This document shows positions 12,517-22,077 of a stretch of 64,000 nt of DNA, piece after piece. This stretch comes from an uncultured Eubacteriaceae bacterium (GTDB taxonomy: Bacteria; Bacillota; Clostridia; Lachnospirales; CAG-274), in contig CAMMEG010000001.1 in the NCBI GenBank assembly GCA_946495765.1, positions 2,263 through 66,262 on the forward strand. The letters are read 5' to 3'. The notes below the pieces were generated by a model. It was given only the letters and a program-made list of their open reading frames with translations. It was not told the DNA's origin and did not search any database. Position numbers and translations under genes: made by a program. The number at the start of each line of letters is the position of its first letter. Position 1 is the stretch's first letter.

Positions 12517-13343
12517 CTAAAGTTACAACCACAGCTATTATTATTGTTAATGTTGCCTACTGAACAACCGCAACCACAGCCATTATTGCAACCACAACTA
12601 TTATTGTTATTATTATTTGAAGTATCTCTAGGAATATTTCCACTAATACCAGCTAAAAATTCTGTTTTTTGTGGTGGAGCAAAGATATCCATAGGGAAAT
12701 CTAAACTATCAAAGAATTCACAAGGGTTAAGTGCAGATACTTCTTCACATTCTTGTGGTATACAGAAACCTCTAGATAATACAGAAAGGTTAACAAGTCT
12801 AAATAATTTAATAATTGTAAATAAACCAATTGTTATATTTACATCTGATGGTTCTAATGCATCATCTCCACAGCCACAGCATTGTCTAAATCTAATTTCA
12901 GCTCCAAGAGATATAGCTTTAGATTCTACTAAAACAAATGGGTCAGAATTTAATTCACTACAGCTAGAACCATTATGGCTAAATAAGTCAGTAGAAATGG
13001 ATATTTCTGTACCAATAGAGCCAAATAATGTTACCTTTTTAGTGAAGATACTATTTGCATGAACTCTACCAATTATAGTACCATCAGCTTCTCTAAATAC
13101 TAAAGTATATACAAATACATATTTTAATGTTATATCCCAAAAACCATTTCTAAATGGATTAGGTTCTTTATCAGATACAATAACTTTTTTTACTCTTAAA
13201 TTTTCTATAGAAACAGTAGCAGCATTAGAAGGTGGTTCTATAATATCTCCTTCTTGTATAGTTTTGTTTCCAAGATGAGTAAAACATTCTGCTCTAGCAG
13301 GACCTAATACGTCACTTGTAAGGCAGTCTTGTTGTCTACATTG
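12513..13343 (-). CDS. 3' portion (276 aa, no start codon) of a Cys-rich CsxA-like exosporium/spore coat gene, interrupted
   Basis: Manual translation QCRQQDCLT...VNITIGLFTIIKLFRLVNLSVLSRGFCIPQECEE...PCEFFDSLDFPMDIFAPPQ...NNNSCGCNNGCGCGC...FR*. No internal stops. Upstream in frame only *CCILL, with no start or RBS. Motifs parallel C. sporogenes CsxA as recalled. Confidence 0.85.
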   Translation of the reverse strand, partial: QCRQQDCLTSDVLGPARAECFTHLGNKTIQEGDIIEPPSNAATVSIENLRVKKVIVSDKEPNPFRNGFWDITLKYVFVYTLVFREADGTIIGRVHANSIFTKKVTLFGSIGTEISISTDLFSHNGSSCSELNSDPFVLVESKAISLGAEIRFRQCCGCGDDALEPSDVNITIGLFTIIKLFRLVNLSVLSRGFCIPQECEEVSALNPCEFFDSLDFPMDIFAPPQKTEFLAGISGNIPRDTSNNNNNNSCGCNNGCGCGCSVGNINNNNSCGCNFR

Positions 13344-13358
13344 TAATAAAATACAACA
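13330..13358. mobile_element. Putative serine-recombinase attachment (hybrid att) site
   Basis: TGTTGT-N17-ACAACA inverted repeat centred on 13344, exactly where coding similarity ends. Confidence 0.6.
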
Positions 13359-13359
13359 T

Positions 13360-13470
13360 TATTAATTATAATTAGGATATAACTTTATTTTTAAAAATAA
13401 AAATTATAAACGGATTTTTTTTAATTTTCATGTAAAAAAGAATAACCGTTTTTTATAGAGTACTAAAAAA
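13360..13470 (+). repeat. Copy of degenerate ~110-bp dispersed intergenic repeat
   Basis: aactttatttttaaaaataaaaattataaa...gaataaccgtttttta...agtactaaaaaa; similar to 25120-25240 and inverted 63899-64000. Confidence 0.7.
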
Positions 13471-13471
13471 T

Positions 13472-14845
13472 TTATATATTAAAAAAGATAGTAATTTTTC
13501 TATTTTTACCATCTATTAAAATTTTATTGATAAGAGATTTAGCAATTTTATTTTTTAAAATTATTTCGTAATTACCAGTTAAAATGTTTATTATAGAAAT
13601 TTTTTGAATATTTTGATTAGTATCTTTTATATCTTTTATTTGATTTTCAAGTTCATTTATCTTATTTATCAAAAATAATTTATTTTGACTATATTCTTCT
13701 AATGTATCTATTTCCATAAGATAAGCCTTTTTAGCCTTTTCAATAGCTTTTTTATATTTTTCTATATCTTTTAAAATATTAGATTTTTTTAGTTTATTAT
13801 TGTTTTTAAGTTCTACAGTATATAATTTATTGGGATAATTTTCTTTTATTTTTTGTAAGACAATATCCTCTATATCATATATGCCAATAGAAAAAGAACT
13901 ATCACATTTACCACAAGTATAACCACCACATCTAAATCTATCTTGTCTATTATTATAATATTTTGCATAAACAAATGTACTATTGCAATATATACATTTC
14001 ATTATACCAACAAGCCAATGTTTGTTATATTCTAAGGGTTTTTGTCTACTATTTATTCTTTTTATATTACTATTAAAAATTTGTTGTACTTTATCAAAAG
14101 TATTTTCTTCTATAATAGGTATGTGGTTAGATTTATTTAAGATAATTTTATCATCTATTTTAAACTTATAATAACCTTTATATGTAGGGTTTGTTAAAAT
14201 TTTTTTTACCCATCTGGTGTCAATACTATTACCTTTTTTGGTCTTAATATTTTTATCATTTAGTATTTTAGCTATTGCATAAGTAGATTTACCTTTTAAA
14301 AATTCTTCAAAGATTTCTTTTACAATATTAGCTTCTTTTTCTACTATAACAAGGGGTTTATTTTTAGGTTTAAAATACCCATAAGGAGCACAAGATATAT
14401 ATTCACCTTTTAAAGCTTTTTCAGTCATTCCTCTTTTGACAACTTTAGATAACTTTCTTGAATACATCTCATTCATAGCTCCAAAAAGAGCATCGGCAAT
14501 AAGTTGGCTGTCATCATCAAGCATAGGCTCTGTTATAGAAATTAATTCTACATTATTCTTTTTTAATATAGATTTGTATATTAGAGATTGTTCTAGATTT
14601 CTTGCAAATCTTGAACTATCATATATAAGTACATAGTTAAAATATGATTTTTTGCTTTCTTCTATCATTTCCATAAAGGCAGGTCTTTTTTCTGCATCTC
14701 TACCAGATATACCTTTGTCTTCAAAATAAGTTATTATATTATATTTATTTTTTTTTGCATATTCATCTATTGTTCTTTTTTGACTTTCAATAGAATAGTC
14801 TTGCTTGTCAGTAGACATTCTAACATATGCTACTGCTTTTTTCAT
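13472..14845 (-). CDS. Large serine recombinase (SpoIVCA/SprA-like)
   Basis: AVAYVRMSTDKQ catalytic Ser, SRFARN, APYGY recombinase domain, CxxC...C...C zinc ribbon, coiled coil. Confidence 0.95.
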   Translation of the reverse strand: MKKAVAYVRMSTDKQDYSIESQKRTIDEYAKKNKYNIITYFEDKGISGRDAEKRPAFMEMIEESKKSYFNYVLIYDSSRFARNLEQSLIYKSILKKNNVELISITEPMLDDDSQLIADALFGAMNEMYSRKLSKVVKRGMTEKALKGEYISCAPYGYFKPKNKPLVIVEKEANIVKEIFEEFLKGKSTYAIAKILNDKNIKTKKGNSIDTRWVKKILTNPTYKGYYKFKIDDKIILNKSNHIPIIEENTFDKVQQIFNSNIKRINSRQKPLEYNKHWLVGIMKCIYCNSTFVYAKYYNNRQDRFRCGGYTCGKCDSSFSIGIYDIEDIVLQKIKENYPNKLYTVELKNNNKLKKSNILKDIEKYKKAIEKAKKAYLMEIDTLEEYSQNKLFLINKINELENQIKDIKDTNQNIQKISIINILTGNYEIILKNKIAKSLINKILIDGKNRKITIFFNI

Positions 14846-14899
14846 AAAATCACCTAAATTATATTTAACATATTAATATTATATGATATAATTAATGTA

Positions 14900-14929
14900 G
14901 AATAGTACATACATATAAAACCATACAAT
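14900..14929 (+). promoter_or_regulatory. Candidate mother-cell sigmaE-type promoter
   Basis: GAATAGT-15bp-CATACAAT; -10 equals the B. subtilis sigmaE consensus. Confidence 0.45.
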
Positions 14930-14957
14930 ATAAAAAAAATATATGAGGTTTTATTTT

Positions 14958-15110
14958 ATGAAAAGTGTTTTTGTAGAGGTTGTATTTATAGATGAAGATA
15001 GTAACATTATAAAAAAAGATAATAATCTAATAGAAGAAATATACTTAAAAGTTATAGAACAATATGTAAAATATATTAATGGAAAAATTATAGAACAGGG
15101 GATGGAATAA
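14958..15110 (+). CDS. 50-aa protein, candidate recombination directionality factor
   Basis: RBS gagg, ATG 14958, [50 protein letters not shown]; divergent from recombinase; TAATG overlap with ung. RDF role is inference. Confidence 0.6.
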   Translation: MKSVFVEVVFIDEDSNIIKKDNNLIEEIYLKVIEQYVKYINGKIIEQGME

Positions 15111-15787
15111 TGACAGAAATATTAAAAAATGACTGGAGAGATTATCTAAATGAAGAGTTTGGAAAAGAGTATTATTTAAAACTTAGAGAAAGATTAAAAC
15201 AAGATTATAAAACAAAAATAGTTTATCCGCCTATGTATGATATTTTTAATGCATTACATTATACAAGCTATGAAGATACAAAAGTTTTAATATTAGGGCA
15301 AGACCCTTATCATCAAAAGGGACAAGCACATGGACTTAGCTTTTCTGTTAATAAGGGGATAAAAATACCGCCTTCTTTACAAAATATATTTAAAGAACTT
15401 TATAATGATTTAGGTTTATATATACCAAATAATGGATATTTAAAAAAGTGGGCTGACCAAGGAGTTTTACTTTTAAATGCAACATTAACTGTTATAGATA
15501 GTCAGGCAAACTCACATAAAGATATAGGGTGGCAAATATTCACAGATAAAATAATACAAGTTTTAAATGAAAAAGAAAAATCGGTGGTTTTCATTCTTTG
15601 GGGAAAGAATGCTATGTCTAAAATACCTTTAATAACAAATAAAAATCATCTTATATTAAAATCTGTACATCCTAGTCCTCTTTCTGCTAATGGTGGATTT
15701 TTTGGATCTAAACCTTTTTCAAAAACAAACCAATTTTTAAAACAAAATGGATTAAAAGAAATAGATTGGCAAATAGAAAACATATAA
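15110..15787 (+). CDS. ung: Uracil-DNA glycosylase
   Basis: GQDPYH, HPSPLS motifs. Confidence 0.98.
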   Translation: MTEILKNDWRDYLNEEFGKEYYLKLRERLKQDYKTKIVYPPMYDIFNALHYTSYEDTKVLILGQDPYHQKGQAHGLSFSVNKGIKIPPSLQNIFKELYNDLGLYIPNNGYLKKWADQGVLLLNATLTVIDSQANSHKDIGWQIFTDKIIQVLNEKEKSVVFILWGKNAMSKIPLITNKNHLILKSVHPSPLSANGGFFGSKPFSKTNQFLKQNGLKEIDWQIENI

Positions 15788-15823
15788 AAAGTTGTAGATA
15801 AAATCTACAACTTTTTATATGTT
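15779..15823. terminator. Bidirectional terminator (21-bp perfect arms)
   Basis: aacatataaaaagttgtagat-aaa-atctacaactttttatatgtt. Confidence 0.8.
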
Positions 15824-15838
15824 ATTTAATATAAATTA

Positions 15839-16330
15839 TTAAAAAAATTGATTTTTATAGTTACAATTTTTATATTCTATTTCTAGTAGCGATTTTTTCA
15901 TATCTATACCACCAGCATATCCTATAAGCTTTCCATTTTTTCCTATAACTCTATGACAAGGAACTACAATGCATAATGGATTTTTATTATTAGCCATACC
16001 AACAGCTCTTATAGCCTTTGGATTCCTTATTTCCTCTGCTATTTGACTATATGTTTTAGTCTGACCATAAGGTATTTCACATAACTTTTGCCATACTTTT
16101 TTTTGAAAATCTGTTCCTTCTAATTTATAATTAAAACTAAAAATTTTTCTTTGACCATTTAAATATTCTATTATTTGATTATAAACTAAATTTGTAATAT
16201 GATTAGGCTCATTTTTTTTATCTATATCTATGGTATTTTTTATTAATACAATATAGTTTTCTTCATTATATCCAATTTTTAAAAATCCAAATTTCCATTT
16301 ATAATATGCAAATCTAATATTTTTAATCAT
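15839..16330 (-). CDS. ogt: Methylated-DNA--protein-cysteine methyltransferase
   Basis: GTDFQKKVW, IPYG, RAVG, PCHRV active site. Confidence 0.95.
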   Translation of the reverse strand: MIKNIRFAYYKWKFGFLKIGYNEENYIVLIKNTIDIDKKNEPNHITNLVYNQIIEYLNGQRKIFSFNYKLEGTDFQKKVWQKLCEIPYGQTKTYSQIAEEIRNPKAIRAVGMANNKNPLCIVVPCHRVIGKNGKLIGYAGGIDMKKSLLEIEYKNCNYKNQFF

Positions 16331-16367
16331 AGTTTAAAATATTACAGCCTTTATATTTTTATTATTT

Positions 16368-17732
16368 TTATATATTAACTTCTATTTTTTTAATATTTTC
16401 TTCATCTTCTTCAGACAAAAGTTTTTCAGTTTCGTTAAGATAAGCTTTTATAATTTTTTCTATAACTTTTTCCTTAGAGGTATCTTCTACATTAAGTTTA
16501 ACAAGTTTTTCCCAAAGTTGTTGATGTTCATCTTCTATTTCTTTCATTCTAGATTCTATTTTTTGCTTTTTATTATCAACTTCTTTAAAATAAGCTATTT
16601 GATTATCTATATTTACAGATTTTGCAAAAGATTCTAAAGAACCATTTGATATATGAATTTTTTTAGATAATAAGAAGTCTTCTAATTGACTTTGAACTTC
16701 ATAAACTAATTTACCAATATTATCATATCTAGATACAATATGTTTATAATTATTAAAATCATCTAAATTAGCTTTTAATGTACGAGAATTTTTAACATTG
16801 TATTTATTATAAGTATAATTTAAAAAATTTACATAATAAGAATAGACAACAGTTTTTTTATTTAAGAGAGAAACTAATTTAGCATATTTTTTTTCATTTA
16901 GTTTTAGTTCAAAAACTATTTTTTTTCTAAAAGCATATATAAGAACTATTGTAAAAACTAATGTTACACAAAGTATAGAAAGAGATAAAAATATAGACTC
17001 ATTTAAAGAAAGGGATATTAAAGTTAAAACTATTATAGATAAGCCAAGAACTATTGAAATGGCAAAAGAAAATTTATATAAAATATTATACGCAAACTGT
17101 AAACGTTCTCTATCTAATATAGTACGCTCTTTTTCATCTTTTATTAATTCTATATCTCTAGATAATAGCCTTTTAGAGTTTTCAGCATCTTCTATTTGAT
17201 ATAAAGCATCGTGAGCATCTTCTTCTAAATTTTCTAATTTACTTATAGAACTATTAAAATCACCTAATTGGTATCTAATACCTTTTCTTTCATTATTTAA
17301 CTGTACAAATTTATTAATTAAAGATTTTAAATTTTTTGTTTCTTCATCAGATAAATTATCATAACATTTTAAATCTTTTAATATAGTATCACATTCTTTT
17401 CTTTTTTTATCTAAATATAGTCTATGTCTATCAAGTTTTAAGCAATCATCGCATAGCTCAATTGCTTCAAGAACTTTATCATCATCTTCACTGTCTTCTA
17501 ACAAAAAAACATATTCTCTAAATTTGGAATACTCATAAGAATATTCACTTAATGTCTGTTTAGAGTCTAAAACTTCTTCTTTCTTAAACTTAGATAAAAA
17601 ACGAGATAAAAGACCTTTTTTTTCTTTTTCTTCATTAACATTTATAGAGTTATTATTTTCTTTTAATAGGCTATTATCTATCTCTTGCTCTAAGGTATTA
17701 TCAAAAAGGTCATCCTTATTGCTTGAAATCAT
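16368..17732 (-). CDS. Hypothetical coiled-coil protein with central two-TM hairpin
   Basis: 454-aa ORF with RBS aggagg; charged helical regions flanking two hydrophobic segments. Confidence 0.75.
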   Translation of the reverse strand: MISSNKDDLFDNTLEQEIDNSLLKENNNSINVNEEKEKKGLLSRFLSKFKKEEVLDSKQTLSEYSYEYSKFREYVFLLEDSEDDDKVLEAIELCDDCLKLDRHRLYLDKKRKECDTILKDLKCYDNLSDEETKNLKSLINKFVQLNNERKGIRYQLGDFNSSISKLENLEEDAHDALYQIEDAENSKRLLSRDIELIKDEKERTILDRERLQFAYNILYKFSFAISIVLGLSIIVLTLISLSLNESIFLSLSILCVTLVFTIVLIYAFRKKIVFELKLNEKKYAKLVSLLNKKTVVYSYYVNFLNYTYNKYNVKNSRTLKANLDDFNNYKHIVSRYDNIGKLVYEVQSQLEDFLLSKKIHISNGSLESFAKSVNIDNQIAYFKEVDNKKQKIESRMKEIEDEHQQLWEKLVKLNVEDTSKEKVIEKIIKAYLNETEKLLSEEDEENIKKIEVNI

Positions 17733-17878
17733 TTTTTAAGCCTCCTTTTTATTAAGAGTAGTATTATTAATGTTTTCAAATTTATTATATTATATTCTGA
17801 TTTTTTTTACAATAGTTTTTATAAGTTTTGGATAATAATAAAAGGACTAATATTATCTCTTTTATTAAAATAGTTTTA

Positions 17879-18370
17879 TTATTTTAAAATGTCATATATA
17901 ATATTATTAGGAATAATAAACTCTGTTTTACTCATATAACCTGGTGCTACTTCATATTCATCAAAACATATAACTAAATCATTATTATTAAAATAAAAAT
18001 TTTGGTCTTCTTTATATTTGTTTAAAATCATTTTCAGACATATCAGTATCTATAAAATAAATTTTATTTTCATCATTTTTCATTTGTTGACGCATTTGTT
18101 CTTTAATATTTTTGTTTATTATGTTTATATAATCACTATCTTTTTTAAATACATCTTCAAGTATTATTATATTTGCAGTATTTTTATCTATATGATATAT
18201 TTTAGAAAACATATATCCATTAGCATTTGTTTCTAGACAATTTATTTTTAAGCTAAATAAATTTTTATTATCTTTAAGCATACTATAAGTAATATCTAAG
18301 CTTTTATTATTACTATCTTTAAAATCTTTCTTAAATTCTATAGTATAAATATCTTCTATTAAATGTTTAT
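17879..18370 (-). pseudogene. Degraded RsiV-like anti-sigma factor (DUF3298)
   Basis: Fragment 18012-18281 (LEDVFKKDSDYINIINKNIKEQM) continues after a frameshift as KEDQNFYFNNNDLVICFDEYEVAPGYMSKTEFIIP*; N-terminus deleted. Confidence 0.8.
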
Positions 18371-18374
18371 TTTT

Positions 18375-18599
18375 TTATAAAAAAGTTTTACATTGGTTTA
18401 TAACTATTTTATATATCCAAGTGTTTATGTAGTATATATTTTTTAATGAATTAGCATTTTTAATAGCTTTGTATTCATACTCTTTGACTATGTCCATAGC
18501 ATCAGTATCATTTTGAACATAAGAAAATGCAAGTTTATAATATTTACTATAATTTTTTATGAGCATTTTTTCTATTAGTGATACATTATTTTTTTTCAT
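18375..18599 (-). pseudogene. Truncated ECF sigma factor (SigV-like), region 2 only
   Basis: YYKLAFSYVQNDTDAMDIV...KAI...TWIYKIVIN then stop; region 4 missing; RBS aggagg retained. Confidence 0.8.
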
Positions 18600-18772
18600 T
18601 ATTAATTTTCACCTCCTATATATTAGACAATATTTTTGTTAATAAAGTTTGAAATTATAAAATATTTTGGTTAAAAATAAAATTATAGTTTAAAAATATT
18701 TTTAAAAGAATGTATACAATATTAATATTTGTTAAAAATAGAATTATCATATACTACATTTAGGAGGAAAAT

Positions 18773-19033
18773 ATGGAAATATTAAAGGTTTCAGCAAATT
18801 CACAACCAAAGTCTGTTGCAGGAGCGATAGCAGCAATAGCAAGAAATAATAAAAAAGTAGAAATAGAAACAATAGGTGCTGGTGCAGTAAATCAAGCTGT
18901 AAAAAGCATAGCAATAGCTAGAGGATATGTTGCACCAAATGGGATAGAACTTATATCTACACCAGCCTTTTCTCAAATAGATGTAGATGGTGAATTAAAA
19001 ACATCTATAAAGTTTGTAGTAGAAAAAAGGTAA
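18773..19033 (+). CDS. spoVS: Stage V sporulation protein S
   Basis: MEILKVS...SVAGAIA...IGAGAVNQAVK.IAIARG. Confidence 0.97.
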   Translation: MEILKVSANSQPKSVAGAIAAIARNNKKVEIETIGAGAVNQAVKSIAIARGYVAPNGIELISTPAFSQIDVDGELKTSIKFVVEKR

Positions 19034-19139
19034 TAAAAATATAATAAAAATGTGTCAAAACAAAATAAGGCTTCATATATTAACTAATAATCTATTTTAT
19101 ATGTACAAGTTTTAATTTATTAAGAAAGGAAGTAATTGT

Positions 19140-20414
19140 ATGTATTTAGATAAAATATGTTTATTAGGGTTATTGATAGCCTTATTTTTTATATATATAC
19201 TTGTAATATTAAAAAAGAAAAATATAGATTTTGGATATAGAACTATAATTGCTATGTTTTTAGGTATTATATTAGGTGCTATATTTCCACAAAAAATGGA
19301 ATATGTATATCCAATAGGTAAAATATATATAGGATTTATAACTGCTATGGTTATACCATTATTATTTATATCTGTTGTATCTAGTATAATACACTTAAAA
19401 GACATATCTAGACTTAAAAACATAGGATTAAAAGCAGCTTTTTGGCTTACATTAAATACTATATTAGCTAGTGTATTAGCTCTTATTATTTGCCTAATAG
19501 CAAATATTGGACAAAATATTATAATAAATGTATCAGAAGATTATCAAGCAAGAGAAATACCAAATATAACAAATGTTATAATAGACTTATTTCCTCAAAA
19601 TATTTTTGTAGATGCTTATAATAATAAAATAGTAAGTATAATAACATTTTCTATATTAATTGGTATATCAGTATTATATGTTAATAATAAAATAAAAGAT
19701 TTTATATTAGAATGCCAAGCTATAATAAATAAAGCTATATCTATATTAGTAGAGTTTACACCATATGCTGTATTATCTTTAATAGCTACGTCTGTTGCTA
19801 ATAATAGTATAGATAAACTATTGCCACTTATTTCTATATTAATAGTATCATATATTATATGTATAATCCATCTTTTTGGAATAAATAGTATTTTACTTTT
19901 GATATGTGGTAAAATAAATCCTAAGTATTTTTTTAAAAAAATGTTTACAGCACTTACAACTGCTTTTACTTCTCAAAGTAGTGTAGCAACTTTACCTATA
20001 ACTATAAAATGTCTTGACAATATGGGAGTTGATAAAAGCGTCTATTCTTTTACAGCTCCGTTAGGCACAACAATGGGTATGCCAGCTTGTGCAGGTATAT
20101 GGCCTGTAGTTTTAGCAGTAGTATGTATAAATAGTTTTAATATAGAATATAGTATTAGTCAATATATATTATTAATAATTATAACAGGTATTGTATCAAT
20201 AGGTACAGTTGGGGTACCGGGAACTTCTACAATTACTACAACAGCTATATTTTCTGCTATAGGATTGCCTTTAGATGTTATAGTGATTACTACACCTATA
20301 AGTATGGTTGTAGATATGATAAGAACAGCTACTAATGTGGCTGGTGCAGGGGTATCATCTGTTATTGTGGCTAAATCTGAAAATAAATTAAATTTACAAA
20401 AATATAAATATTAA
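19140..20414 (+). CDS. Dicarboxylate/amino acid:cation symporter (DAACS)
   Basis: AFTSQSSVATLP, GMPACAG, VDMIRTATNV.G motifs. Confidence 0.9.
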   Translation: MYLDKICLLGLLIALFFIYILVILKKKNIDFGYRTIIAMFLGIILGAIFPQKMEYVYPIGKIYIGFITAMVIPLLFISVVSSIIHLKDISRLKNIGLKAAFWLTLNTILASVLALIICLIANIGQNIIINVSEDYQAREIPNITNVIIDLFPQNIFVDAYNNKIVSIITFSILIGISVLYVNNKIKDFILECQAIINKAISILVEFTPYAVLSLIATSVANNSIDKLLPLISILIVSYIICIIHLFGINSILLLICGKINPKYFFKKMFTALTTAFTSQSSVATLPITIKCLDNMGVDKSVYSFTAPLGTTMGMPACAGIWPVVLAVVCINSFNIEYSISQYILLIIITGIVSIGTVGVPGTSTITTTAIFSAIGLPLDVIVITTPISMVVDMIRTATNVAGAGVSSVIVAKSENKLNLQKYKY

Positions 20415-20517
20415 ATAATTATAATAATAGTATATTTTTGGCTATTGATTTAATTATAAAAAAAATGTAAAATAATATAGTTATTTAATATTTAAGCATT
20501 TAACATAGGAGGAAATT

Positions 20518-22038
20518 ATGAAAAAAATACTTACCATTTTTAGCGTACTAATTTTTACATTGTGCCTAAGTTTAAATGTGTTTGCTTCCGATTATTGGGT
20601 AAATTTAAAACTTATCTATGATGGAAAAGTACATAACTATAGTGCACAAAAAATACATATTACTATTGATAGTAAACCAATAGAAAATTTTAATATGGAA
20701 CCTGTTATAATAGATGGTAGAACTCTTGTACCAATTAGAGATATTTTTGAAGAAATGGACGCAGAAATACTATGGAATGAACAAAGTAAAGAAGCTACTA
20801 TAAAAAAAGATAATAACAAAGTAACATTTAAAATAGATAGTAACCAGGCTATAAAAAATAATGTAGAGATTGTAAAATTAGACGTACCAGCAAAAATAAT
20901 AAATGATTACACAATGGTACCTATAAGAGCTATATCTGATAGTATAGGATATAGTGTAGATTGGGATAATAACATAAGAACTATTATAATAGAAACACCT
21001 ATAAATCAAGAAAAAGAAGATACAACTATAAGCACAGAGACAAGTACAGAAATTATTACGTCTAATATAGAAGCGGTTTCTAATCAAAAACAAGATGGTA
21101 TAAAAATAGTTTGGGATCAAACTTATAAATCTATAAATAATAGTGAGCAAAAAAGGAAAGTTATTAATGGGCTAGACGTTTTAGTTCCTACTTGGTTTGA
21201 AATAAAAAATAGTGAAGGTGATATAGAGGATAAAGGAAGCATAGATTATGCAAAATGGGCAAAAGAGCAAGGATATGAACTATGGGCATTAGTATCTAAT
21301 AGTTTTGACCCCGTTATAACACATAATACATTAAGTAATGTACAAAAACGCTCTAAAATTATAAATTCTTTAGTTGAGTATGCTAAAAAATATGATTTAG
21401 ATGGAATAAATATTGACTTTGAAAGTGTAGCTAAAGAAGATGGAAATTATTATTTACAATTTATAAAAGAGGCCACACCGATATTTAACCAAAATGGACT
21501 TGTAGTTTCTGTAGATATGTATGTTCCTACACCATGGACAGCTCATTATCAGATGGAAGAAGTAGGAAAAATCGTAGATTATGTAATAATTATGGCCTAT
21601 GATGAACATTATAGCACAAGTAAAGAAAGTGGCTCTGTATCATCTTTACCATGGGCAGAAAAATATATGACAGAGGCTACAAAACTTGTTTCAAAAGATA
21701 AACTTATCATGGGTGTTCCTTTTTACACTAGAGTTTGGACAGAAACTAAAAATGCAGATGGTTCTGTATCTGTAGTTTCTAAGTCTTTAAAAATGGACGA
21801 AGCTTTAGAATTATTACAAAGTAACAATGCAAATATTATATGGAATAAAGATACAAAACAGTATTATGGAGAATACTTTTCTAATGGAACAACTAAGAAA
21901 ATATGGTTGGAAGATGAAAATTCTATGGAAGAAAGAATGAAAGTGGCTAGACAATTAGATGTTAAAGGTATTGCAGCGTGGAAAAGAGGTCACGAAAATG
22001 ATAAAACTTGGGATATTATAAACAAGTATTTTAAATAG
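20518..22038 (+). CDS. Secreted GH18 glycosyl hydrolase with copper-amine-oxidase N-terminal (stalk) domain
   Basis: Signal peptide; GRTLVPIR repeats; LDGINIDFE catalytic motif; IMAYDEH. Confidence 0.9.
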   Translation: MKKILTIFSVLIFTLCLSLNVFASDYWVNLKLIYDGKVHNYSAQKIHITIDSKPIENFNMEPVIIDGRTLVPIRDIFEEMDAEILWNEQSKEATIKKDNNKVTFKIDSNQAIKNNVEIVKLDVPAKIINDYTMVPIRAISDSIGYSVDWDNNIRTIIIETPINQEKEDTTISTETSTEIITSNIEAVSNQKQDGIKIVWDQTYKSINNSEQKRKVINGLDVLVPTWFEIKNSEGDIEDKGSIDYAKWAKEQGYELWALVSNSFDPVITHNTLSNVQKRSKIINSLVEYAKKYDLDGINIDFESVAKEDGNYYLQFIKEATPIFNQNGLVVSVDMYVPTPWTAHYQMEEVGKIVDYVIIMAYDEHYSTSKESGSVSSLPWAEKYMTEATKLVSKDKLIMGVPFYTRVWTETKNADGSVSVVSKSLKMDEALELLQSNNANIIWNKDTKQYYGEYFSNGTTKKIWLEDENSMEERMKVARQLDVKGIAAWKRGHENDKTWDIINKYFK

Positions 22039-22077
22039 CATAGTATATAAATTATTTTATATAAAAAGGAGGATAAA

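Noticed and set aside
12520-12620. Short tandem repeats (att/caacca) suggesting an array
   Set aside because: They encode the Asn/Cys-Gly tail of the CsxA-like protein; no repeat-spacer CRISPR structure and no cas genes in the window
12544-13062. 172-aa plus-strand ORF from the track (PQPQPQ...LLLL)
   Set aside because: Antisense shadow of the CsxA-like frame; PQ and L runs are the reverse complement of CG and N codons; no RBS
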